A DNA stretch of 64,000 nucleotides from Camelus dromedarius (lineage: Eukaryota). The notes beneath the pieces were generated by a model. That model was not told the origin of the DNA and made no database searches. It was given only the letters and a program-made list of their open reading frames with translations. Of this stretch, positions 1-12,994 are shown piece by piece. Position 1 is the first letter of the stretch. The number at the start of each line of letters is the position of its first letter. The stretch lies in contig NC_087438.1 of the NCBI RefSeq assembly GCF_036321535.1, positions 10,666,001-10,730,000 on the forward strand. The letters run 5' to 3'. A program made the position numbers and the translations under genes.

Positions 1-330
1 ATCGCCGTGCACTAAGAAGCTGCTTTAATGGCCACTTGCAGTGCACCCCTAAAGAGAAGCTGGTCTTCTTTGTGGACTCGCAGGGCGGAGGGCTGGGAGT
101 GGGCAGGGGTCTCCCCAGCCCTCTGCTCCACCTCCCTGGGTCAATGCGCCCTGCACGGTTAAGGCCATCTCCGCATCAGGGAGCACCTCAATGGTCACAA
201 ATCACTCTGACTTTTTAACCCTTGGGTGACGTCACCTCGAGCAAAAGGCCTCGTTTTGCATGTTTCCTTTCACCAGAAAATGATTTCTCACCCAAACACA
301 AGAATTAACTGTTTTGCAAGGCGGTCTCAC

Positions 331-969
331 TGATGCAGGAAAAACAGATGTGGGGCGTGAGGTGGGCCATGTCCCAGGCCTCGGTTGGGCCCCTGGGATG
401 TGCCCTATCTAGTGTGGGTCCTTGCTTCATGCAGGAAAGAATTCAAGAGCGAGTCACAGTTGAGTAAAGGTAGATTTATTTAGAGAGATACATCGAAAGG
501 CAAGAGAAAGGTCACGAGGTGGGGGGGGGCGGTGTTGGGCTCAGATTAGAGTGAAAATAGGTACACACTCCATAGACAAGAGTGCTGGCCTTCTCTGAAA
601 ATGAGAGAGAGAGGCGGCCACGAGGCTCCCTGCTGCCAATTTTTATGGGCTCAGTGGCTTCATATGCTAATAAGTGGAAGGACCAGTCTAACTAGCCTGG
701 GGAAGGGGCTGGGATTCCCAGGAAGTTGGCTACTTCCCACTCTTTGACCCTTTGTGGCTAGCCCTGGGACAGTCATGGCGCCTGTGGGCATGTTATTCAC
801 CACGATAATATGGTACAATGGGTGCACAGTGAAGCTCAAGGTCTGCTGCAAGTCAACCCTCCCACCGTCTTGAGCCTCAAGGCCGGCTGGGGGTTGACTG
901 TTTCACCATCCTTGCGTTAACTGCTGTGTCATTCCTTGAATGGCTGTGCCCTGCCCCCGTCCTGTCTCA
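331..969 (-). mobile_element. Solo ERV1-class LTR
   Basis: TG...CA termini, 4-bp TSD TCAC (327-330 and 970-973), minus-strand AATAAA at 475-480 and TATA-like ATAAAAA near 640-646. Confidence 0.85.
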
Positions 970-3084
970 TCACTAGTGTCTCCATACAACCCGCCGACCG
1001 AATGTCATGTTTGTGCCACCAGTGATGCCCCCAGATCCAACACCTGGGTCAGCACCGGAGAGGAGCTGCTCTCCCGGCTGGGGGGTGGCGTGGCATTCTG
1101 GTAGCACATTAATGCACCGTCACCCTTGCGCTAAGCTCGAGCACGGGGTATTGTGCTTTGGAAGAAATTGAAAAGACTCGGTCCGTTGTCCCTCCATTTA
1201 GAGGGCCAGGTGTGCTTCAGCTGATAGAAGATGGGGGACATCTGCACTGACCCTGCACAAATCGCATTCACCACATCACTTGTGTGTCCAGGCACGCATT
1301 CACTTCATCCAATTGTTTCATTCCAGCCCGTCTGAGGCTCCCTCTGTGCTGAGCACTGTAGGAAGGGAGCCCTGAGGCAGGCTCGGTAGGTGGCATCACA
1401 CACTGGCCCTGCTTTCCTTCTGGGGCTCGTGGGGAGATGGGGAGACAGACGTGGAACTATGGAGACGCCCTGGACGTGGACGAGGCAGGGAGGGCAGGAG
1501 CTCCAGTGCCCCCAGGAAGGGTGGAACGAAGGCTATTCTCTCTGCCCTAGATGCTGTGACAAGGCAAGAAACAGTACCGCAGAAATCGGGGGAACCTAAT
1601 CTGAAATTGATGAATGCTTGGAAGGAAAAAAAAAAAACACTAAAAAAAAAAGACACCTGATTTATGAAAAGGTGCTGAAAAGCAAGGAAACTGCAAAGTT
1701 GGCCAGAAGGTATGGCCACTGAGAGCCCAGGGAGTGTTTTCTTTTCACCTGATGATTAAAGTTGATGAAAGTAATATTCTGCAGCATAGATAAGAAGGAA
1801 CGGGGAGGCACTCACCATCAGAGGAGGGCAGGGAGGGGCAGGGCGAAACCGGCTCGGCAGTTTGGGAAGGCAGAGCCGGATGCTATGATGTTGAAGGAAG
1901 AGAGCTAAGGAGGTGAGGTTAGAGTTCCGGGAGGACTGGGACGGACCCTGCAAGTGACCTCAGTGCTGAAGGGGGGCCACTGTCTTCATGAGGACAGAGG
2001 GGGCCCTCAAAAAGGAGGCGGGGAAAGCTTAGGCCAGGCAGACACCCAGGGAAGGAAGGCTGCCCTCCGGCTGTGGTCCTCTGACCCGAGCACAGACCAC
2101 AGGCTCTGAGTCTCACCGCCTCCCTACAATCCAGGCCAACTTCTCTGACTCCAAGACTGGACTCCACGCTGCTCCGTGCTCCAGGATTCCTGCTACGAAG
2201 CCCCACCCAGGGCACGAAGGAGGATGGGGCTCACCTCGGAGAGGGGGATGAGGCCAGCGGACCCTCTTGTCCAGGCGTGTCTTCTACAGATGTCCGCTGC
2301 TGGTAGCCACACTCTCCTTCCCGGCAGCGTTAGCCCACGTGCCCGTGGACTGTGGAACAACTACTGCGGTCAATGAGAATATACTTTACAAACTGTAAAG
2401 TGCTCAAAAATGTGCAGTGTGCACCAGGCAAGGGAAAGGGCAATGCTCATTTCATTGCATTAAAACTGAGTTCCCCTAAAAAGGAGTTCACCTGAGTTTA
2501 TGATTAAGCTCTCTTTCCAAAACTTTATTCCCTTTCTTGTCCCCTCTGACCTGGATCCTGTGCTAACCGAACACTAATCAACCAGTCAGATGACTGGAAT
2601 TGCAGTTGTCCATGACATCTATTGTTATGACTGACATTGCTGCCATTAATTTAGTATCATTAACGTACATCAGCAAACAGACGCGGGTTCTTCCAGGGCA
2701 AGGTGAGCTCACAGGGCCCCAAGCCATGAACCACTTGGCCTGAGAATCATAGACCAGAGACATCCGGATCCCTTGAAACTAGGATGAAGAAGTGTTACGA
2801 GATGATGATTCATCCCAGCTTCTTTGTTTTTCCCCTTTAAAAACACCCCCCCCACTCCAAGGCCAAGCTGGAGTGGAGCTCGCTTGGTGCCCTGCAATGA
2901 GCCCTTCCTTTGCACAAACACCTGCTCTCAAAGTTTGGCTTTCCATCCTGCAGGTACATGAGCCCTTGCTCAGTAACAGCATCCTGAAAAAGGAATGTCC
3001 ACCTCTGCTGAACTGAAAAGAAACAATTGGGTTAAGGATTTGTTTTCCTCCCCCTTAATTTAAGGTATTTGTATTAACATTGGT

Positions 3085-3372
3085 GAAAGAAAGAAAGAAA
3101 AGAAAAAAGAAAAGAAAAGAAAAGAAAAGAAAAGAAAAGAAAAGAAAAGAAAGAAAAGAAAGAAAGAAAGAAAGAAAGAAAGGAAGGAAGAAAGGAAGAA
3201 AAAAAGAAAGAAAGAAAGAAAGAAAGGGAAAGAAAGAAAAGAAAGAAAGAAAAGAAGGAAAGAGAGAAAAAAGGAAGGAAGGAAGGAAGGAAAGAAAAGA
3301 AAAAGAAAGAGAGAAAGAAAGAAAGAAAAGGAAAGAAAGAAAGAAAAGAAAAGAAAGGAAAGGAAAGGAAGG
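3085..3372. repeat. Pure polypurine tract, (GAAAA)n/(GAAA)n/(GGAA)n
   Basis: About 288 nt containing only A and G on the plus strand. Confidence 0.97.
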
Positions 3373-3825
3373 TATTTGATGTAATATATACATAATTAGA
3401 GGTATTCCTTTACAATATGGATATGATCCAATTATAGAAAATATTTTTACTTCCTTAAATTTTCATCTAAGAGCTTCCTAGTAGCTTGGTTTCTTATTAT
3501 TAAATGCTGTATTTTGCACTATTTTTCAAGAAGGTATCAATGGAATGAAGGTACAGATAAGCCTAAATCAATAGATACAGGTAGGTGTTTTTAAATTTTA
3601 CTCTCACTAGAAAACTTAGCAGTAACACCCTTAAAAATAGAATTTGAATGCCACTTAAGGACTAATTAGAGAAAAGGAAACACAAGATGGAAGTGGCAGG
3701 GCCCTTAGAAATTAGTAGGCAAGTTAAGACATGATTGGGTCACGCTAAATTATGGGGCAGGTGAAGGAGTAGGAAGCAAACTAACAAACTGGCCTCCCTG
3801 ATGCTAAAACTGCTTGCTGATTCAT

Positions 3826-4152
3826 TCTTTACCGAGAATAGCTTTAACCCAGAGGCTGTGCTCCAGGAAGGAGATAATGGGCTGATAATCTCAAAAGAAT
3901 GGACAGACCTTCCCAGACTCATCCAGGTTATGTAACACCCTGTGAAACGTCCTGATCGTTATCACCTTTTCTGTTCCATCCAGTTTTTCTATAAAACCTC
4001 AAGACCCCACCTGCAAGATGGGTTCACAGTCTCTAAGGCATGAGTCTGTGACTCCCCTTTGACTGGCAAAGCAATAAAGCGGTTCTTTTTAGATTCTCCC
4101 CCAACTCTGCCTCTCTGTCTTTCGGGGTACAGAGGCTGGTTTTGCGGCAACA
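3826..4152 (+). mobile_element. ERV-type LTR (5' boundary approximate)
   Basis: CTATAAAA near 3989, AATAAA at 4073-4078, ends ...GGCAACA. Confidence 0.65.
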
Positions 4153-5554
4153 TAGGGAGCAGGAACTTTAAAGTCCAGATAGCTACTGATTGTGACTAGC
4201 AGAACAAGTATTTCTCTAGCCATAAAGAAATCAGAGTTATTTTCCACGTGAGAACACTTAAAACTGCCTTCCAAGTTGCACTGACTGGGACAGCTCACCA
4301 CTAGATTACATCGAGTTACAGGCAGTGGCTTCCCACATCCCATTACCACCCCCAGACCCCCAGCGGTCCTGGGTCCCAGATGCTACAGGAAGCAAGAGTC
4401 CCACTGCAGGGGTGTCCAGACACCCCTCTGTGCCTTGGTCTCACACAGTCCACCCAGGAGAACCTGCCCCATCCCACCTGCGAGTTCCACCCCAGGGGAT
4501 CTGTTTCACATCCATGATCTCTCTTTGGACTCTTGTCAGGTTATCTTCCTGGGACTGTGGGACACTCTCATTTATGAGCTCTCAAATGACCATAATCACA
4601 GCTAATGAGGCAGGTGCATCCAGAAGACCTTTTGATTTTAAGTTAACCCAGTCTCTAAGGCACGTGGCACAACCTCCTCCCCTCCCAGCCACCACCACCT
4701 TCCCTACATTGTTATTAAAGGTAATTAGGACGAACACTACTTTTCAACATTACTGCTTTTTCTAACAGCATGGTTTTCTACTCCTCATTACAAACAGACA
4801 ATATTTTAATAACATTAGGGGTTGTGTAACTTTGGTTGAGTGGCCTGGAAACCTAACCACGATTTATAAAATTATTTCTACAGCAAAATGTATTCTAAAT
4901 GAATTTTATGAATTACAGCCAGCCGGTAAGCTGCAGACAATACCACAATCCAAACAAACAAACATAAAGCCATAAAAAGGACCACTCTGAGGCTGGTCCG
5001 CTCCCTGCTGTTTACACAGTAAACATTTAATATATAGAGAGTCGGAGCAAAACCTAGGAGCCTCATCCCATTGAATTCCAGATGGCATCTCTCTGCTGTC
5101 GCCAGGCACCTGGTCTAACTGTAATATTACCCCTAGCACAGCTCCACGATGGTTCAGATAATCTTGCCTCCCCCCACAGTCCTCCTGTATTCCAATGCCA
5201 AATATTTCGAAGTATTTTTGAATTTTCCAATCACTATTTCATTAAGGCAAATGGCTGAGAACTGACTGTATTATAATAAAGCATTTTTCCATTTTGAAGG
5301 GAAAAAATGAATATGCATTGTATTTGCATTTAGGTAAAAATGCAAAGAGCTCCCATTTATGGACAATGTAAATGCAGGTGCCCCTGGGGGAGGGAGCCAG
5401 AGGAAGAGAAGGGGAGAAAGAGAAGCAATGCTATGCAGGTACCAAGTATTTATCGTAGCCCCCACTCCCCCAACTCTTATGCATAAATTTGCCTTCTCCC
5501 TCAGGCAAGCAATTTAAAACATTTCACTAACTCTATTAGCAAATTAACATGACT

Positions 5555-6840
5555 AAGATGGAACTCACTCTCCTCACTCCAAACCAGCTCTTTTAAAGCT
5601 GGGTAACACCATCCTCTGCTTCATCTTCTCCCACCCTCTCCCATCAAGGACCGAGTCCGTTTGATTCTAGATAGCTTTTCTCTGAGCCCTCCCTCCCTGC
5701 CCCCCAGCCCTAATCCAGGCTGTCTTCATCTCTCTGGTGGTTGCCAGAAGAGCCTCTTAATTGGTTTCCCTGGCCTCTGGTCTCACCTCCCTCTAATTCA
5801 TTAGCCACAATGAAACCAAACTCTCTTTCAAATATGCAAATCCAAGCACACCACATTCCCATTCAGAACTCTTCAAAGTTCCCCACTGCCCTTAGGATCA
5901 AGGCCAAACTCCTTATGCTGATTGACCGGACCCCTCCTGGTCTGAGTTCTGCTCACCCTGCCACCTGCCCCTCCTAGTCTTGCTCTCTGTCTCAAATATA
6001 CTCAGCATTGTCATTTTCCACCTGGAACTCTCTTGCTTTCCAGAATAGAGGACACACCATTCTTTTTAGATCTCAGCTCTTAGACTGAACCAAAGCTTCC
6101 TTGACCCTTTAAGAAGGGTCAAAGATTCCTCCTACAGGATCCCAGAGTAAACACTCTGAAAAATATCACGAGCCATATCAGTAAACAAAGGATGCTGCGG
6201 CCATCAAGTCATCAGCCGCTACCACCACCTCTGACCATGAGGGAGCGGACGGAATTCAGGATGCAGACAAGCAGGCAGCCCAGCCTCTGCACCACCACCC
6301 AGTTGTGTGCCTTGAGGGAGCTCAGGATGGGAAAGAACAGGACACTGGCCCTAAATAGCCAGGTGCACATCAAAGGAATGATTTCATGAGCCCAGACCTT
6401 TGCACCTTCCCATACATAGAAAAGCGCTAAATTCCTTAATTTGAGATGTCTGGTTTTCTCTAATTAACAGTAATCTGGTGTTCTGACTACCTAGTCTTTG
6501 TTGCAAAAACTCCTATATATCCTGGCTTCTCCCTTGCCTGGGCAGAACATCTCTAGAGCAATCTGAGAGGCTGTGTCCTGGGCTCAAGCCTTCAGGAAAT
6601 CCACCGAATAAAACATAACTCTCAACTTTTAGGTTGTGCATTTTATTTCAGTTGACAACACCCTTTTCTTCCTCTATCTCAGACTTGCACATTCCTTGGT
6701 AGATGCCTGCCTGTCTGCTTGCCCTCCTAGATTAATCACTGCACGGGTCAGTCCTTTCTCCTAATCCACCTTTAGTGACTAGCACTGGACAGGCCACATG
6801 GTAGGCATCCAAGAAATGTTGAACGAACACATTCATGAAG
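5555..6840 (+). mobile_element. L2 LINE 3' region interrupted by an LTR
   Basis: Typical L2 pyrimidine-rich motifs (e.g. CCCACTGCCCTTAGGATCAAGGCCAAACTCC) and an L2-like 3' end near 6800-6840. Confidence 0.7.
6155..6657 (+). mobile_element. Solo LTR, MER41-like (ERV1)
   Basis: TSD ACAC (6151-6154 and 6658-6661), ends TTTCAGTTGACA, TATATA near 6514, AATAAA near 6607. Similar to the reverse complement of the element at 45594. Confidence 0.85.
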
Positions 6841-7180
6841 ACCCTCTTCCCTCTGTAATCCATCCCCCTTTTAATAGTGAAAACACTCCAAAACAATGCA
6901 TTAAGCACCAGGGGAAGTGGGTTACAACTCTCAACTCATTAAGCAGCCACCACACTTTGTTTCAAACACCTTGGTGTGTCACTGCCATAACTATCAGTAA
7001 CTTGAGAAAGACCTGGTCCTACCTGCATGTCTAGATTAGAGAAGAAGCCAGTGGTACAAGTAACAACCCGCCCTCCCCCACCCCAAACCCATGTCAAACA
7101 GCAGCCTGTGATTAAGAGAAAATGAAATTAAACCTATCATTTCAAAATGCACATGTTACCTAAATCCTAGCAACGCAATT

Positions 7181-7211
<31 letters not shown>

Positions 7212-8719
7212 CCCAACACTACCGAGCAAATCCAGTCTTAAATGTCTTTTCCTTAAAGTTAAAAAAAAAAAAAAAACCAACAAAAAACAGCATTAATACT
7301 GCTGACACACATGTTGTAAAATCCAAGTGTTTCTAGCATCTGTCCTCCAGCATGCGTCTGCTTGCCTCAACTCAGCTGGCTCTAGTCTAATAAGTCTCCT
7401 TAATGCAAGTCACAGAATTAATACAAAGCAAGAAAAGTCAGCTCTAGCCAAGAATGGGTCAAGGTATAGCAGCCCGCCTGGCTTGAAGTCTTAGCAATTC
7501 TGCTTTAAATACGGGGCGCACTACATACTTTTCAAAGTTCTTTTGTGTCCAGTCTCTGGGTTGCACTTGGAAACGAAGGTACGGAAACCCTCTGTACCCA
7601 TTTAACAGCTGGGAAAGCTGAAGTCCCCAGAAGTCAAGTTCTTTGCTCAAAGTCATAGAGCCAGCAGGGGCAGGGATGGAGGTCAAATCCAGAGGGCCTG
7701 TCAGGAGCAGGAGCTCTTTCTCTCAGCGATGCTGTGGTCAGCGTGCAGCACTGCTAGAAACTACAGAGGAGAAGCCACGGGAACTCAGTGCGCCTCTCAG
7801 TAAGCATGAACTATTTCCCCTCTCCATCCGCTCTGCCGCTCTCTCCAAGGTGGGCTTGGAATAGCAGGGAGACCAGGTTACATGGAAGAAGCCATGGTCA
7901 GTGGGCTAGAAAAGAGAGAACATTTTCTCTTCCATTTCCCCTAATGATCACTAGCTCCACTTTCCCCTAGAACACAGTCAACACCAAATATTCTCCTGTG
8001 AGGCTCTAAGCATGAGGCACAAGTCAGAGGAGCCTGGCTGCTCCGCAAAGGCGCTGATGACACACACAGCTATTCAATCTGTTCATCTTCAAAGTGGGGA
8101 AGATGCCCCCTCGACAGCCCATTCCAGGAGCCCCGGGCAGGACCTGGCAGCTTGGAAGGCCAGTTCATTTCTTCTCCTCTCCCACATGTTCACGTGGAAA
8201 GTTTTGGAAAGCACATTTCTTAAGCATCACTGAATTCAGCAGAAAAAGCACCTTTCTCTGCCTCGCAACCTGTAAGGACAGGTGTCCTCCCAGATGTGCG
8301 CAGGTAAAACCAACACACCCCTCCTCCCTGCACTCATGCCTGACCCCAAGCGGAGAGCACATCTGGTCCAAAATGTGCTTCTTGAAAAGAAGGAAAGTCC
8401 TGAAAGAGTTTGAAAGTATTACATCATGAAAAACGGAGTTGATCTCTCAGCATTAAAGGAAGGCTTTAAAAAAAAAGAAATCATTTGAAGGAGTTGAGCA
8501 CCCTGGGGCTTTGAGAGAAATAGACTGTGGATTCCAGTGCCAGGAGTCCCAGCATGAGAGGGGGGATGTCCGTGGTGGGACAGGGACACACCCGAACATG
8601 GCGCCCGCGGGGTGGGCCCGGACAACTTCCCGCCGGACTGTGGTGTCACACACAGCAGAAGCCTTGAAAAGGTGCCCGTGTGTGGGAGTATTTCCAGTAT
8701 TAATCCAAAGGCTACAAAG

Positions 8720-9050
8720 ATTTCTGAACTAAAATGGCTCCAGTAACTGAACATCTAATCACATTGGATCAGTTGAGTAAATTATGGTACATCCGTGAGA
8801 GAGAATGCCATTAATCATCACATTCGAGATGAATACTTAAAAATCAAGGGACACTGCCTGTGTCCTTGCGTGATGTAACAGCTGGAAAGAGATGACGATG
8901 TTGTTTCAAAATACATGCGTGGAAAAGAGATGAGAAGGATGTGCACTAAAAATAATAAACAGCATTATCTCTAGGCAGTGGGCTTGCAGACAATTCTCAT
9001 TTTCTTCTTGATATTTTTATTTATTTTCCTTCCTTCTATGATAAAAATGG
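8720..9050 (+). mobile_element. Old L1M 3' fragment
   Basis: TAAATTATGGTACATCC and other L1 3'-UTR motifs. Confidence 0.6.
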
Positions 9051-9105
9051 ACTAATTAACATTTTTTTTAAAAGAGAGATCCTCTTAAAAAGCCACTGGC
9101 TTTCT

Positions 9106-9320
9106 TTCATTTTTTTAAATCCTAACTTTATTTATTTATTTATTGCAATGAAGATTTTCTTTTACTTTTTGGGGGGGTAAACAAAGTTTATTCAAGGAAA
9201 AGCAACTCACTGAGAGATAAAACCATTTTAAAGTTTACATATTTTGCTGTTCATTGTTTCTAAGAACAGCTTAGAGCTTTAGCTTTTCAAACTTCCATAG
9301 TTATCACACGAATAAAGGCA
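9106..9320 (-). pseudogene. Short 5'-truncated retroposed 3'-UTR-like insert of unknown parent
   Basis: 11-bp direct repeat ACTGGCTTTCT at 9095-9105 and 9321-9331. Minus-strand AATAAA near 9188 is followed by an A-rich tail. Confidence 0.55.
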
Positions 9321-9369
9321 ACTGGCTTTCTGAGTAGCTATGAAGTTAATGAAAATTCTTAAAATGTTG

Positions 9370-9780
9370 CTAAAACATACATAACACACAATTTATCATT
9401 TTAAGCATTTTAAGTGTACAGCTCAGTGGAATTAAGTACATTCACAATATTATGCAGCCATGAGCACCGCCCATCTCCAGAACTCTGTCTCCCCAAACTG
9501 AAACTCTGCACCCCTTAAACAGTAACCCCCACTTCCTCCCTCCCCCAAACCCTGGGAAATGCTATTCCCCTTTCTGTCTCCATGAATTTAGACTGTCATA
9601 GGTACTGTATCTGAGTGGAAGCCTCCTTCCACACACGCAAAAGCATGTTCTTTTGTGTCTGGCTTATTTCACTTAGCAGAATGTCCTCCAGGTTCATCTC
9701 TGTGTAGCATACATCATAATTCCATTCTTTTCTTTAAGGCTGAATAAAGAGTCCATCGTACGTATGTACGTATGTTGTTA
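9370..9780 (-). mobile_element. L1MA/MB-type 3' end
   Basis: TTTTAAGTGTACAGCTCAGTGG...ACATTCACAAT and TCTGGCTTATTTCACTTAGC motifs. Confidence 0.85.
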
Positions 9781-10134
9781 TATGAGGCTAGCTTTCCAAA
9801 CAGACTTTAATTTTTAAATTAAATTTTAAAGCATGTCTGAAAATCAAAATGATGAGCAGTTCACATAACTGAAGGGTGTATTATCAATTGAAGAATTAAA
9901 AACACCAAATCGTACAAAATGAGGGGAGGAGTTATTTTACACAGAAAGTCAAACTCTCCACCTGCCTTAAATCCACTAAAATCCACAATATTGAGCCATA
10001 TTTTGCAACAGGAAAGGATAAGAGTGCTACACCCTCTAATGACAATGAGTGGCCTCAAACTCAGTCATCTGGGACCAAATGCATGTCATTTCGTATGAGC
10101 AATTAAAAAGGCTTGCTGCAGCACTCGGAACAGC

Positions 10135-10320
10135 GGACGCTTCGGGAAGGGGCGCCAGACACCTCTGGGCTGATGGAAACGCTCCCTATCTTGATTGGGG
10201 AGTGGCTTATATACGGGGGTGCAGTTGTCATTTGTCAAAACACATGGGCCTGTGCACGTAAGAGCTGTACGCCTCACTGTATATAAATGATACTTTGATG
10301 TTTTAAAAAGGAAAGAAAAA
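10135..10320 (+). mobile_element. Old L1M 3' terminus
   Basis: GATGGAAAC..CTATCTTGATTGGGG...CATTTGTCAAAAC motif followed by an A-rich tail. Confidence 0.65.
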
Positions 10321-11045
10321 CAGGTTCACCAGGCTCCTCCCCTGAAAGAAGACATATTAAACCTAAAAGAAATTAGACTAAATAAGAATTTGAGAACAAC
10401 AAAAGGGGTCCTGCAGCTCAGCTACTGATGCTCAAAGCCGTGGGGTGCTTTAGGGCCCTTCGGTGGATCTCTCTGGTCCCCGGAACAGAGTTCAAGCTCC
10501 TTCCTCCTCGCTGCTGATACACTGGTTCATCTAGGGAAGCTTGGTGAACACCTGGACTAACTACCAACAATGCCAGGGCACCTGCCCAGGTTTGGTAAAC
10601 AGCCCAAAATGTGTGCAGCCGAGGTGGCATTAACACCCACAGGTGTGAGCCTCAGCGTGGGAGTAGTGGCTCCAGGTGACACAAGGCTGCATCAGAAGAG
10701 GAAGGGGTGAGAACTACCACCCATCCCAAGAGGAAATCAAGGGCTCTGCGAGAGCTTGAGGGAACACAGTCGAATGTTAGGTCTGGAGCTGAGAGGAGAC
10801 CCTTGACTCCCTTATTTTGGACCAAGCTGGCGAGCAAAGGGGTCTTTCCAGTTGCTTCTGTGCTGGACCTGGCTAGAATCACGGAGGTAAAAGTTACCTC
10901 TTTCTTACGAAGCGTGGTTATCTGTTACTCTCTTCTGCACTGTTTGTCCTTATAAAATGTCAAGTTTAGGCCACCCATCGTGGGAGGCCGCGGTGTCCCA
11001 GCCACGGTGAATTTCCTGCCAAACCATTTAAAGCACTCAATTTCT

Positions 11046-11089
<44 letters not shown>

Positions 11090-11289
11090 GTAATCTGCTA
11101 TTTTAGATTCCCCACACCACCATTCCCCTCTATTAAAATGCATGACCCAGTGGCCAACAGATCTCTGGGTTGTTTACAGAGCAGCAGTCAAGAGCATACA
11201 AACTTCCTATCACCTTAAAGACAGCTTTGAAAACACAAAACAGCCACACCTAAGCCAAATGGCAGATGAAAAAAATGACAGTCTGGGAC

Positions 11290-11650
11290 TCAAACACTTA
11301 AAAACAAACAAACAGAAACTGACCAGGGATCCAGACAAGCATACTGATGGGGACTCATCATCATTGAGTTAAGACACAACAGGAGTGACCCACTCTTGTC
11401 CTGTAACTGCTCCCGCTGGACCACGAACCTTCTCACATCCTGGGAAGATAATGGCCACAAAGCCAACTTCTGCCCCCTCTCCTCCTGGACTCAGCTTGCT
11501 CCCTAGAAAAACATCTCCTTAACCTGCTAGTAAACATCCTGCTTTTCAGCCATTTAATTCTCACTGAATGTCCCAAGAGCCTCACCTCACCCTTCCAGGC
11601 GCCTGCAAGAGTTCTTATCCTGGGATTCCCACCTTCACTTTTAACCACCC
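11290..11650 (+). mobile_element. Possible degraded LTR (ERVL-like)
   Basis: LTR-like composition with an AGTAAA poly(A)-signal variant. Family not identified. Confidence 0.3.
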
Positions 11651-12994
11651 CCCAGCCTGGAGTCACAGGTCTCCACTGCCAGCTGCAGTCTCCATCCAAG
11701 TAGGATGACGACAGGCAAACTGGAGCCCGAAAGGCACAGGAAGTGCTTTTCCTGGGAACGTGGGCTTGGAGGTGGATGGGGTGCCCTTGCATCCTTATGC
11801 TCAAGAAGAAGGAACCATACACACGGCCCCTCCTCTGACCCTGAGGTTGGGGACAGAGATGAGGACCCATGTCAGTAAGAGAACCATGCATTCACACCTA
11901 CAGACCCACCTACAGAAAGGCAACCTGTAACAGCGCCAGGCGTCAGACTCATGGAAAACCTTGCCAATACTGTGATCTCAAAATCCCACAAAAACTGTAA
12001 AAGCCAGCTAGGACCTGTGAGCTAACTTAGACCAAAATATACTCCCCACACAAGAAACGAAGCTGGCCCATCTGGCCCCTGGGACCACGTGGCATTTCTT
12101 GGACCAGATGTACGAGCTGTGTCTTGACCACTCATTATCTAAGGGAATAAATACTGCCTTTGCCCTGACAAATAGTAGTTAGTTCCCTTCCCAAGATGGA
12201 CTCAGAAAACATTTTTGGCATGGAGAAGCAACCATATAGAACCAGAAAGCTGCGATGCAGAAGGCTTCAGCTGACTGAGATAACTATGGTCTTTGTCATT
12301 TTAAGCTCATCTGTTCTCAGCATCGTGAGCAGTATTTGGTTGTTGGAACAGCAGCAGAATGTCCCCCAAACCATGGAAACAGCAGAAAGAAAACAAAACA
12401 AAACCCAAACCTGGGGTTTGTATGGCTTGATAGGAAGTCTGCTAATTCCTTTATCTTGTGGCTGTATTCTCATCTTTGCAGATGGCTGCTATCTGCTTTG
12501 GTGACAGGAGTGTGCAGAGAGACTGAGGCAGAGTGACAACCTCCCGATGAGAACAACCTCTACACAGCTCACTGATTTATCGCCATGACCAGACCCACCG
12601 CGTTACTGCCGTTATCTGAGCACCTTGCCATGTGTCATCACAACGGCTCTGGACAGTAAGGCCTTCTGCTCTGTGATGCTCTGACAGCAAAAGTGTTCCA
12701 CGTAGGTTTTCTTAACAAGGACCTAACCGGAGAGCAGGGGACGTGTCAAGTCAGGCAATACTTGCCTAAGTCACAGTTCGCTTACCTGAAATTGACTTGA
12801 GAATCTCCCCAGGACAGAAACAAAATTAGGGCAAGGCAGAGCAGAAGAGCGAAGTGTCCCAAAGTGTAAATGCTTTTTTCCCCGGGGAGGCCTCCAAAAT
12901 TATTTTTTCTTCATTTTTCCATGGAATCCTAATGAATTTTAGTTTCTCAGGCCAAGAGCAGGTTCAAAGCAGGAAACTAAAAAGCAAGTATTCA

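Noticed and set aside
3055..3393. ORFs 3080-3379 (+, K/R/E-rich) and 3055-3393 (-, F/L/S-rich)
   Set aside because: Translations of the purine microsatellite, which has no stop codons by composition.
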